The position numbers and the translations under genes are program-made. From Minisyncoccota bacterium (GTDB taxonomy: Bacteria > Patescibacteriota > Minisyncoccia > Phycocordibacterales > PALSA-1337), in the NCBI GenBank assembly GCA_041665385.1, contig JBAYIX010000004.1:1-63684 (forward strand): a stretch of 63,684 nt of DNA. Direction: 5' to 3'. The notes beneath the pieces were generated by a model that did not search any database, had not been told where the DNA came from, and was given only the letters and a program-made list of their open reading frames with translations. Position 1 is the stretch's first letter. Each line of letters opens with the position of its first letter. Shown piece by piece: positions 55,793 to 63,684 of the stretch.

Positions 55793-56566
55793 TTGGAAAC
55801 AAAAACCCTCACACAACATGCATTGAAAGTCGCAGACGCTTATGAAAATTTTTCATATGGTCCTGCCTCATGCAATATTCCCTATTTTAACAACAAAGTT
55901 TTTCGAAATCGGGGTGCGCTACGCACATATAGCGGCAAAGGTAGCATAGAAGATATTTCCGATGAACTAAGTACGATCCTCATAAAAAACAAGATTGACA
56001 AAAAAGATCTGAGCGGTGACGTTCTAAAGAAGTTGTTAGTAGAGAACAATATCGGCATAGACTGTTCCGGTTTCGCTTACTATGTTCTCGATGCGGAAAA
56101 TAGAGGACTAGGCAGGCCGCCACTCAGAAAGATCATCTCTTTTGTTAATTGCAGCGGCTTTCTGGGAAAGTTTCTCTGCACCATACGCCCCGCCGCAAAT
56201 TGCGACGTAGAAACCCTAGCTCATGATAACAACACTCATGTTGTTCCTGTAACAGATGTGAAGCCTGGAGACATTATCACAATGCTTACGAAAAATAATA
56301 TAGACAAGATCCGCAATCATATCGTGGTCATTACTGCTGTGGAGTACAAGACATCTATCATCTCAAAAATTTTCTATTCTCATGCGGTTGCATATCCCGA
56401 AGACGGCCTATATGGCAACGGCGTCCGTCACGGAGAGATTGAGATTGTTTCTCCTGAAAAATCCATTATTGACCAAGAATGGACAGAAAATGGTAGAAAA
56501 GGAAATTCAAATCGACTTTTCGTGCGAGCACAGGAGGCCGAGACAGAACTTCGCCGGTTGAATTGA
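55793..56566 (+). CDS. NlpC/P60 (C40)-like cysteine peptidase/amidase
   Basis: Catalytic-Cys motif GIDCSGFAYYVLD and downstream GDIITML...NHIVVITAV (His). The track ORF from 55559 overlaps the ATP-grasp gene. TTG 55793, directly after its stop, or TTG 55823 are the plausible starts. Confidence 0.55.
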   Translation: METKTLTQHALKVADAYENFSYGPASCNIPYFNNKVFRNRGALRTYSGKGSIEDISDELSTILIKNKIDKKDLSGDVLKKLLVENNIGIDCSGFAYYVLDAENRGLGRPPLRKIISFVNCSGFLGKFLCTIRPAANCDVETLAHDNNTHVVPVTDVKPGDIITMLTKNNIDKIRNHIVVITAVEYKTSIISKIFYSHAVAYPEDGLYGNGVRHGEIEIVSPEKSIIDQEWTENGRKGNSNRLFVRAQEAETELRRLN

Positions 56567-56593
56567 GTGCATTTGCGTGTTATTGTTTAGCGT

Positions 56594-57718
56594 ATGATCA
56601 CAATCCTACAAGGTACATCTGACCTGGCCAATATCCTTGGTTTTGTCCTTATTGGCGCCCTAGTTGCCTTTATTTGGGCACCTTTTCTCACGAAGATCTT
56701 GTACCGTTATCATGTCGTAAAAGACCCGAAAGTCGAACTCGTCGGGCTTGGCTCCCACGACTACAAGAAGGCTCCGGTAATGGGCGGGTTACTCGTCATC
56801 ATCACTGTGGCCATAGTTACATACGTATTCAATTGGTCACGAAGTTTTACTTGGGTGCCCATAGGCGTCATGCTGATCTCCGCACTCTTGGGCGCCATAG
56901 ATGACCTCATGAATGTCTACGGCACCGAGAGACGTTCCCGCAGGCTCGACCATATCTGGACCCTAGTAAAGGTTCATAAGGACTGGAAAAAGCGTGTTTG
57001 GTATTTTGTCACTTTTCCCTGGACAATATTCAAAAGAATATCTGTTTGGTTCGGATCCCAGACTCGCCGCGGAGTCTTCGTCCACGAAAAACTCATTCTT
57101 CAGTTTATTGCCGGCTCTGTCACAGCCTACTGGATATACGCCCGTCTCGGCCCCGCATGGCACTATATATATTTTCCTTTTGGGTCTTCTGTCAATGCGG
57201 GTTGGCTCATAGTGCCCATCATGATCTTCATTGTCATGTTCACTGCCAATGCCGTGAACTTTGCCGACGGCATGGACGGACTCACCGGAGGTATGCTCGT
57301 CACTACCTTTTCCGCACTGACATTCCTGAGTTGGATCAATGGCTTCGGAGAAATTGCCATCCTAAATGCCACCGTGGTGGGCGCCTTGGTAACCTATACT
57401 TATTTCAATATCAAACCAGCGCGATTTATCATGGGTGATGTCGGCTCCCTCGGCTTGGGCGCTCTTCTAGCTGTGAACGCTATGGCCATAGGAGAGATCT
57501 CAGCTCTGTTCTTTCTCGGCTTTATGTTTTATATCGAAGCATTGTCCGTTGTCATCCAAGTCTCTTCTCGTTACCTCCTCGGTCGCAAAGTCTTTGCTAT
57601 GGCACCACTACACCATCACTTCGAAGTAAAAGGCTGGAGCGAAGAAAAGACCGTGATGCGCTTCTGGGTCATACATTTTATTTTTGTCGTGTTTGGTTTC
57701 TGGCTCGCTCTTCACTAG
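56594..57718 (+). CDS. mraY: Phospho-N-acetylmuramoyl-pentapeptide transferase
   Basis: NAVNFADGMDGLTGG, MGDVGSLGLGA and APLHHHFEVKGWSE motifs, with 10 TM helices. Confidence 0.93.
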   Translation: MITILQGTSDLANILGFVLIGALVAFIWAPFLTKILYRYHVVKDPKVELVGLGSHDYKKAPVMGGLLVIITVAIVTYVFNWSRSFTWVPIGVMLISALLGAIDDLMNVYGTERRSRRLDHIWTLVKVHKDWKKRVWYFVTFPWTIFKRISVWFGSQTRRGVFVHEKLILQFIAGSVTAYWIYARLGPAWHYIYFPFGSSVNAGWLIVPIMIFIVMFTANAVNFADGMDGLTGGMLVTTFSALTFLSWINGFGEIAILNATVVGALVTYTYFNIKPARFIMGDVGSLGLGALLAVNAMAIGEISALFFLGFMFYIEALSVVIQVSSRYLLGRKVFAMAPLHHHFEVKGWSEEKTVMRFWVIHFIFVVFGFWLALH

Positions 57719-57729
57719 GCTCATCATAT

Positions 57730-58383
57730 ATGAATTATCTAAATTGGTCCCAAAAAACCTTGACAGATGGATCTTCCGAAGATATTTCCAAAATGTATAA
57801 CAATGGGTATGTATATACTCGGCTCGGCAAAGGTGTCATGGATCAGACCAGGAGCGTACGCATAGACTTAGGAAAGTTTCAGCTTTCGAGCGAAAACCGT
57901 AGAATACAAAAGAAGATCTCCGGCTTGGAATTGCACTCTCTTCCTTTACCTCTCCAAGAATACGATTGGAAGCTCGGAAAAGCCGCAAAAGATTTTTATG
58001 ACACAAAGTTCGGATCCGGTATCATGAGTGCACAAAAGATCAAAGAGATTCTGACCTCGCCAGATAAGAGCAATTTCAATACCCTATTTATCTACAGATT
58101 TAGTGGACGGGATATAGGCCATGCAGTCTGCTATCAGAACGATTCACTGTTGCATTATTCATACCCATTTTACGATATATCATCAGCACCCAAAGATATG
58201 GGGCTGGGCATGATGCTGCTCGCCATAGATCATGCCAAACAAATCGGCTTGAAATACATATACCTAGGGTCACTCCAGCGTCCAGGTGATACTTACAAGC
58301 TACAGTTTGAGGGACTAGAATGGTTCGATGGCAACACATGGCAAAATGATATTTCCCTGGCAAAAGATATCCTAGCAAAGTAA
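57730..58383 (+). CDS. Arginyl-/leucyl-tRNA-protein transferase C-terminal-domain-like protein (ATE/Bpt family, GNAT-like fold)
   Basis: HYSYPFYDISSAPKDMGLGMMLLAIDHAKQIGLKYIYLGS resembles the ATE_C/Bpt core (Y.FFDP...SLG...A+..GL.Y.YLGY). No Cys-rich ATE_N domain is present. Confidence 0.5.
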   Translation: MNYLNWSQKTLTDGSSEDISKMYNNGYVYTRLGKGVMDQTRSVRIDLGKFQLSSENRRIQKKISGLELHSLPLPLQEYDWKLGKAAKDFYDTKFGSGIMSAQKIKEILTSPDKSNFNTLFIYRFSGRDIGHAVCYQNDSLLHYSYPFYDISSAPKDMGLGMMLLAIDHAKQIGLKYIYLGSLQRPGDTYKLQFEGLEWFDGNTWQNDISLAKDILAK

Positions 58384-58392
58384 TATACAGAC

Positions 58393-59802
58393 ATGAACTT
58401 ACCAAAACATTTACATGTCGTAGGAATATGCGGTGTGGCGACAAGCGCAATAGCAATCGCCTTTCATAAGCGAGGTGTGAGAGTGACCGGGAGCGACAAA
58501 GGCTTTTTTCCACCCGTTTCAATCGAACTGGAAAAACACGATATCTTTTTTTATTCCGGCTGGCATCCGGAAAAGATGATTACGGAAAACAAACCGGATC
58601 TCATCATGACTGGAGGTGCCGGTACAAGTTCAGCAAATCCCGAAGTGTTATTTGCCAAAGAAGCCGGCATACCGATACTTACCTTTCCGGAAATTTTGCA
58701 AAAATATTTTATAAAGAAAAACTCAATAGTCTGCGCCGGCACTTGGGGCAAGACCACAACATCTTCTATAATATCCTTTGTACTCATCCGGGCAGGACTC
58801 GATCCCAGCTATTTTAGCGGAGGATTATCCCTATCTCATGACACCGGAGCCATTTCGGATATGGACTGGAGTGTAGTCGAAGGCGACGAATACCAAGTCT
58901 CTATTTCCGACAAGAGACCAAAGTTCGTATACTATTCCCCCACTCACCTTCTTCTCACATCCGTATCCTGGGACCATGCCGACCTATATCCGACAGAAGA
59001 AAAATATTTCACAGCATTCGAAAATTTGCTTACAAATATACCAGCAAATGGACTTGTGATCGCAAACAACGACGACAAAGGCGTCATGAAAATTATCCAT
59101 AAGAACAAAGGACGTACCATAACCTACGGATCGGACAAAGCAGATTACATCTTCGACCAGATCGCTCCTTCCAGGCAGGGTCTAGATTTTGCAATTCGCT
59201 TCAAAGAGCAGATTTACCGCATACATTCTCCTATGCTTGGCAGATACAACGCCGAAAATATTACTGGCGCTTTTGCTTTATTAAAAGAGATAGGGATTTT
59301 GCCGGAAATAATAATCGAGTCCATAGCCGATTTTCGAGGCATACGAAGGCGTTTTGAAAAAAGATACGAAGACAAGATTACAATTCTAGACTGTCATGCA
59401 CCGACACCAGAAAAGGCCGCATCAGCCTTGGCGAGCATCAAAGAGGTTTATAATTCTGGAAAGATCCTCGCTATTTTTGAACCAAATATCGGCGGCCGCG
59501 AACGAGAGACAAACAAAAAATACGACCGAGCTTTCAAAGATGCTGACATGGTTTTCATACCCAGACTAACGAAACTCAAGATAGCAGCAGACGAAGCAGA
59601 GAAGCCAATGGAAGGAGATGAGCTCACAAAAGTTATTAGCAAGACTCATGAAGCGGTTATTCACAACGAAGACGACAGCAAATTGGTAGCGTCGGTTACT
59701 TCATCAGCAAAACAAGGCGATGTGATTGTATTTCTAGGCTCCCATGGATTCCGAGGAATGATCGAGGAAAGCATAAAAAGTCTTCAAGGTATTTGGAAAT
59801 AA
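58393..59802 (+). CDS. mpl: Mur ligase of the MurC/Mpl type (Mpl-like N-terminus)
   Basis: HVVGICGVATSAIAIAFHKRGVRVTGSDKGFFPPVS parallels the Mpl pattern ILGICGTFMGG...VTGSD..VYPPMS. The P-loop is GTWGKTTTSS and the Mur ligase middle and C domains are present. Confidence 0.65.
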   Translation: MNLPKHLHVVGICGVATSAIAIAFHKRGVRVTGSDKGFFPPVSIELEKHDIFFYSGWHPEKMITENKPDLIMTGGAGTSSANPEVLFAKEAGIPILTFPEILQKYFIKKNSIVCAGTWGKTTTSSIISFVLIRAGLDPSYFSGGLSLSHDTGAISDMDWSVVEGDEYQVSISDKRPKFVYYSPTHLLLTSVSWDHADLYPTEEKYFTAFENLLTNIPANGLVIANNDDKGVMKIIHKNKGRTITYGSDKADYIFDQIAPSRQGLDFAIRFKEQIYRIHSPMLGRYNAENITGAFALLKEIGILPEIIIESIADFRGIRRRFEKRYEDKITILDCHAPTPEKAASALASIKEVYNSGKILAIFEPNIGGRERETNKKYDRAFKDADMVFIPRLTKLKIAADEAEKPMEGDELTKVISKTHEAVIHNEDDSKLVASVTSSAKQGDVIVFLGSHGFRGMIEESIKSLQGIWK

Positions 59803-59810
59803 TTGTGTAG

Positions 59811-59919
59811 CACAAAAGGGCTCATAACAAACTTTTTCCGGATTTGAGAAGTTGTGCAAAGTTCGGGTAATCATAACAGCTCGCAAATCCGGAAAAAGTT
59901 TGTTATGAGCCCTTTTGTG
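59811..59919. repeat. Nested-palindrome element H (subfamily 2 core, + orientation)
   Basis: Perfect 36-bp arms at 59811-59846 / 59884-59919 (CACAAAAGGGCTCATAACAAACTTTTTCCGGATTTG). The interior is AGAAGTTGTGCAAAGTTCGGGTAATCATAACAGCTCG. It lies between convergent genes. Confidence 0.85.
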
Positions 59920-59926
59920 CCCCGCC

Positions 59927-60118
59927 TTACTTCCCTTCATTCACTATTTCAGTTTCAATATTTCCTTCCTTTATAGCCTTGACCATGAGTGTCATACCAC
60001 AATGATTGCATTCTATAACCATCCCCGTGGTCACACTCGGATAACGGGAAAGATCGATTGTGTTTTTGCATTCCGGGCAGACACACAGCCCTTTTTCAGA
60101 TTGTATTGAATCGTGCAT
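59927..60118 (-). CDS. LysW-like zinc-ribbon protein (63 aa)
   Basis: CPECKNTIDL...GMVIECNHCGMTLMV matches the CPxC...ieCpxCGaeleV ribbon of amino-group carrier proteins. The C-terminus is acidic but ends NEGK, not the canonical EDWGE. Confidence 0.4.
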   Translation of the reverse strand: MHDSIQSEKGLCVCPECKNTIDLSRYPSVTTGMVIECNHCGMTLMVKAIKEGNIETEIVNEGK

Positions 60119-60165
60119 ATTTGTAAGTGATAAATAAGATTATACTTTCCATAATAGCGAAAAAG

Positions 60166-61041
60166 ATGTACGATAGCAACGTGATAACCCCCCAAGAACA
60201 GCAACAAAAGCTGGCTAAAGCCATAGGATACGATAGTTTGTGGTTCAAACGCGAAGACTTGCACCCCTACGGCTCTCACAAAGGCAGGTCCATACCTGTA
60301 ATGATAGACAAGTACTATACTGACGGAGACAGAAACTTTGCCATCTCCTCTTCCGGCAATGCCGCCCTGGCCGCAGCTCTCCATGTCAGGAAAAACTATC
60401 CGGACATTTCTCTCAACATCTTTGTCGGAAACAAAATAAACCCAGATAAGCACGAGATCTTGAAGGATCTAGTTTCGGAAAATATAAAAGTGCTCATAAA
60501 GGAAAGACCACTTCAAGCATTGACACAGGCTTCGAATGAGGGCTTTAGGAGTCTACGGCAATCTTTCGATGACACTTCCCTCATCGGATACCAAAGTCTC
60601 GCAGAAGAGATCATGGAGATCAAAGACTTAGGCGCAGTGTTTATAGGAACATCTTCCGGAACGACCGCCGAAGCCCTAGCGAGAACATTTGTGAAAAATA
60701 AACGCCAGATCCAAGTTCATATCATCCAAACATCCTCTTGTCATCCCATATATGACAAATTTGAAGCCTACGACGGACCCGATGAAATATCCACCGCTGA
60801 TGCAATAGTAGACCAGACTGCATATCGCGGACTAGACCTAGTGCCACTCATAGAAAAAACAGGCGGTCACGCTTGGTGTGCTACAAATGAAAATATCAGT
60901 GCCGCAAAAGAGCTTGTTTCCAAGCATACCGGACTAGATGTTTCTACCAATAGCGCATTATCGATAGTTGGAGCCATGCAGACGATGTATCAAGACTACG
61001 AAATCAACGGATCCGTTTTGTGTATGATTTGCGGCAAATAA
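60166..61041 (+). CDS. PLP-dependent enzyme, tryptophan-synthase-beta superfamily (PALP fold)
   Basis: KREDLHPYGSHKGRS (PLP-lysine motif similar to GSFKxRG), ISSSGNAALAAA and a GTSSGTTA glycine loop. ATG 60166 is preferred over GTG 60127. Confidence 0.65.
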   Translation: MYDSNVITPQEQQQKLAKAIGYDSLWFKREDLHPYGSHKGRSIPVMIDKYYTDGDRNFAISSSGNAALAAALHVRKNYPDISLNIFVGNKINPDKHEILKDLVSENIKVLIKERPLQALTQASNEGFRSLRQSFDDTSLIGYQSLAEEIMEIKDLGAVFIGTSSGTTAEALARTFVKNKRQIQVHIIQTSSCHPIYDKFEAYDGPDEISTADAIVDQTAYRGLDLVPLIEKTGGHAWCATNENISAAKELVSKHTGLDVSTNSALSIVGAMQTMYQDYEINGSVLCMICGK

Positions 61042-61073
61042 CTTCCTCAGGAGCATTTGTCAGAACTCAAATA

Positions 61074-62414
61074 CTAGAGTGACCTGACGGCCCTTACAAA
61101 CCTCTCGCCTCTCGCCTTTTCCGACGGATCCAAGCCCTGCGCGGCAAAGCCAGGACTAAAGAGCACAATATTACCGGACACAGAATTTTCCTTTGCCAAA
61201 CGGACGGCTTCCTCTATTCCGGGCGCAGACAAGACTTTTATATTTTGCAGATTTTGCAACATACTGCGGTACTTTATGGTTCCACTTCCTGGCACGAGTA
61301 TGAGAGTGTGGACATGCTCTGGTATTACCTTCACACACTCTGCATAATCGAGACCAGTGTCAGAGCCGCCGCAGATGAGGGTGATATTACGATCTTTTGC
61401 CAGAGTTTTTAGGGCTTTTACCGTAGATTCCGGCAATGTAGAAGAAGTATCATTATAAAATTCCACGCCCTTTATTTTCTTTACGAGCTCCATATTTCCT
61501 TTTCCTGGTCTCCATTCTTCTACCACATCTTTTACTTGCTCATCTGTCACTCGGAATAACCTAGCTGCCTGAAGCGCAAGAGCAATGTTCATCCTTTCGT
61601 GGCTGTGAACATTTACCTCCCATATCGGTGGAATAATGCTGGGCTTTGTACGAAGCATCTTCGCTCGAGGCTTGAAATCATACGAGCGAGTCATATCTAT
61701 AATGTCATCTCCCGCCACTAGGAAATTGTTATAAGTCTGATATTCCAGGATTTCAAATGGAGATTTGCCATATGACATAGGGTGAGGCAGAGAGGCAAAT
61801 ATAGCTACATGCGGACTCATTCTCATACCGTGAAATTCCGGAAGCATGCTCGAAACTATTTTGATAAGCAAAATATCTCCATTTTTTGCTTTCTTCAGGA
61901 AAGTCAAAATTCCGTCACCCCTGTCCGGATCAGCCACGAAGAGGTTCTGTTCATTATTACCATTTTGAGACTCCTGCTCTTTGCATGCTATTTCTAGCAT
62001 GGGTGCGAGCAGAGATACCACACTTGTCTTCCCCACAGCTCCAATAACCCCCACTACGGTGAGCGGCGGTGCCAATTTGAAAAAAAGTGTTTCGGGATAT
62101 TCTATCGGTATGCCTTTTGCTCTGGCTTTTTCCAGAAACGTTGAAGTTCTGGGATATTCATGTGACAGGATGATAAGATCACTGTCTAACAAGTCATCCG
62201 CTGGTATGGAGCTACAAACATAGTTTGCCAAGCCTATGGAACGCAAGAATATGAGGTGACTTTTGAGTCTGGCTTCGCTGCGCAAATCATAAACGGAAAG
62301 CAATGATCCGGCTTTAATGAGAAATTTTGCATCTTCGACCATTTCTCCGTGCGGCCCTAGGCCCACAAGCGTTACCCTTTTACCCTTGAAATAGTTACGG
62401 CTGGTCATGTTCAC
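61074..62414 (-). CDS. murD: UDP-N-acetylmuramoylalanine--D-glutamate ligase-like Mur ligase
   Basis: N-terminal Rossmann-like GKRVTLVGLGPHG, P-loop VIGAVGKTSV, and a C-terminal domain with LICGGSDTGLDY and a typical MurD-like tail. Confidence 0.7.
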   Translation of the reverse strand: MNMTSRNYFKGKRVTLVGLGPHGEMVEDAKFLIKAGSLLSVYDLRSEARLKSHLIFLRSIGLANYVCSSIPADDLLDSDLIILSHEYPRTSTFLEKARAKGIPIEYPETLFFKLAPPLTVVGVIGAVGKTSVVSLLAPMLEIACKEQESQNGNNEQNLFVADPDRGDGILTFLKKAKNGDILLIKIVSSMLPEFHGMRMSPHVAIFASLPHPMSYGKSPFEILEYQTYNNFLVAGDDIIDMTRSYDFKPRAKMLRTKPSIIPPIWEVNVHSHERMNIALALQAARLFRVTDEQVKDVVEEWRPGKGNMELVKKIKGVEFYNDTSSTLPESTVKALKTLAKDRNITLICGGSDTGLDYAECVKVIPEHVHTLILVPGSGTIKYRSMLQNLQNIKVLSAPGIEEAVRLAKENSVSGNIVLFSPGFAAQGLDPSEKARGERFVRAVRSL

Positions 62415-62455
62415 AGTCTAACTATACGCCCAGCATGTTGCAAGGAATTATGTTT

Positions 62456-62776
62456 TTAAACTCTTTTTTGCAATAGTTTTTTTACCTTTATGAGCTCATG
62501 TAGCATGGCTGTAAGCCTCACCGAGTCCTCCTCGGTGGGATTTGATTCCAGGTAAAAATGCGACAGTTTTTTCATAAGCACACCATACAAGTCACCAAAA
62601 TATTCCTCTATAACTCTTTTATTTTCCGCCTGCTTGAGATCAATGCTGGATCCTCCAGAAGGCATGTCAAATATCCTGTTTACAATAATAGGTCTCTTTA
62701 AACCACCATAAGTGATGGAATCATGCGACAAAATCCCATTGAGTGATGGCGATGTCAAACCGTAATCTCTTGTCAT
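62456..62776 (-). CDS. Hypothetical protein (106 aa)
   Basis: ORF directly downstream of radC on the same strand. No recognisable motif. Confidence 0.45.
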   Translation of the reverse strand: MTRDYGLTSPSLNGILSHDSITYGGLKRPIIVNRIFDMPSGGSSIDLKQAENKRVIEEYFGDLYGVLMKKLSHFYLESNPTEEDSVRLTAMLHELIKVKKLLQKRV

Positions 62777-62778
62777 TT

Positions 62779-63510
62779 TTAGTAGTTCGCCAGTATGCTA
62801 GCGAAGGTATCTTTGGTGATGACGACATGATCGAGGAGTTGTATTCCCATGATCTTGCCCGCCTCTACGAGTTGTTTTGTGATCTCTATGTCTTCTGCGC
62901 TGGGCGTGGCCTCGCCAGAAGGATGATTGTGAGCGAGTATCACCGCCGCGGCATTGGACTCTACAGCAGGGCGGAAGACTTCGCGAGGGTGGATCATGTT
63001 GGAATTGATAGTACCTATGGAAATAACCTCATCTCTTATAACACGATTGTGACTATTGAGGTATAAGCCTCGAAGATGTTCCTTGGGCAAGTTGCGCATA
63101 TCTTGCAGATATTCATACACATCTTTTGCATTCCTGACCGAAGAAAAGCCACTCGTATTGCGATCATAAAAGCGTCTGCCGAGCTCGCCCGTAGCGACTA
63201 TCTGACAAGCCTTTCCAACCGGTATGTTGAGCTCTTTTGCGAGCTTCTCAGCATTCTTTTCGGACAGTATGCTCTTCTCTCCGTAATCGCGTATTATGCG
63301 ATTTGCCATTTCCATGACTTCTTCCTGGGTTGTGCCGACATTCAGAATGACGACCAAAAGCTCCCTGATATTGAGGGCTTCGGGTCCTTGGGAAATGAGC
63401 TTTTCGCGCGGTTTCTGGTCCGAAGGCAGGTCCTTGATCGTGTAAATATGTTCACGAGTCGAGGCTCGGTCCAGGATAAGCGCGTTGCTACGGATTGCGT
63501 ATATCTGCAT
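62779..63510 (-). CDS. radC: RadC-like JAB/MPN domain protein (UPF0758)
   Basis: JAMM-like motif ILAHNHPSGEATPSAEDIEITKQL. The N-terminal HhH-like region reads LPSDQKPREKLISQGPEALNIRELLVVIL. Confidence 0.85.
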   Translation of the reverse strand: MQIYAIRSNALILDRASTREHIYTIKDLPSDQKPREKLISQGPEALNIRELLVVILNVGTTQEEVMEMANRIIRDYGEKSILSEKNAEKLAKELNIPVGKACQIVATGELGRRFYDRNTSGFSSVRNAKDVYEYLQDMRNLPKEHLRGLYLNSHNRVIRDEVISIGTINSNMIHPREVFRPAVESNAAAVILAHNHPSGEATPSAEDIEITKQLVEAGKIMGIQLLDHVVITKDTFASILANY

Positions 63511-63614
63511 GAGACAAGTATATCATGGAAAATAAAAAGTGATAAAATTCTTCAATAATTGCGTCGTCCCCCAGCCCCACATTCTCCTTCCGAATCCTGC
63601 GGAACTCGGCACCA

Positions 63615-63679
63615 CGAAATTGCAAGACATTTTGACGTTCAGTCATCAGCAACCGACGTCAAAATGTCTAGCAATTTCG
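63615..63679. repeat. Hairpin element I (24-bp arms, 17-nt loop) at the window edge
   Basis: CGAAATTGCAAGACATTTTGACGT (63615-63638) pairs with ACGTCAAAATGTCTAGCAATTTCG (63656-63679); 23 of 24 positions are complementary. It may extend beyond the window. Confidence 0.65.
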
Positions 63680-63684
63680 GGTAC

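Noticed and set aside
59927-60118. Canonical LysW amino-group carrier protein of lysine/arginine biosynthesis
   Set aside because: The C-terminal EDWGE acceptor motif is missing, and no lysX/Y/Z/J/K neighbours are present. I keep it only as LysW-like.
4107-62223. Numerous 60-170-aa ORFs antisense to, or out of frame within, the large genes (for example 4107-5006 inside gatB, 8727-10895 inside secA, 21194-21691 inside the YfhO-like gene, 31098-31607 opposite the acetyltransferase)
   Set aside because: They are fully embedded in genes with strong family signatures and have biased or odd compositions with no motifs. This is typical of shadow ORFs.
3877-63679. CRISPR array interpretation of the repeated hairpins
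   Set aside because: The copies are kilobases apart and in mixed orientation. There are no regularly spaced direct repeats and no cas genes.
1-63684. Alternative genetic code (UGA recoding as in some candidate phyla)
   Set aside because: Conserved genes such as secA, gatB, mraY and obg translate full-length with the standard code. They terminate at positions consistent with their families, and TGA is used as a stop, for example at 23458-23460.

Overview
This is a bacterial chromosomal window. It is moderately AT-rich by eye and uses the standard genetic code. The tightly packed genes, frequent 1-32 nt start/stop overlaps, a giant fibre-like surface protein and a very large glycosylation locus suggest an uncultivated small-genome bacterium (CPR/Patescibacteria-like); that is inference only.

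Layout:
- (i) 1-3165 is the 5' part of a giant minus-strand surface protein. The ORF track misses it because its stop codon lies outside the window.
- (ii) Housekeeping genes follow: gatB, obg, an AI-2E permease, a Nudix hydrolase, secA and murB.
- (iii) An O-antigen-ligase/TPR fusion.
- (iv) A 213-aa orphan gene with a near-consensus promoter, bracketed by two copies of a nested-palindrome repeat.
- (v) A ~33.7-kb run of 29 co-directional, mostly overlapping glycosylation genes (15902-49557), headed by a soluble VirD4/TraD-like ATPase.
- (vi) An unassigned ~350-nt terminator-bounded unit, either a candidate RNA or a small protein gene.
- (vii) A cell-wall cluster: rsmI, an ATP-grasp enzyme, NlpC/P60, mraY, an ATE/Bpt-like transferase, an Mpl/MurC-like ligase, a LysW-like zinc ribbon, a PLP enzyme and murD, followed by radC.

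I saw no rRNA, tRNA, CRISPR array, transposase, integrase or recognisable defence genes. The most unusual sequence-level signal is that most of the sizeable intergenic gaps hold a long hairpin with 24-40 bp arms. Four of these share a conserved ~50-nt core with copy-specific, perfect or near-perfect arms. All homology calls are motif recognition by eye; no database search was run.
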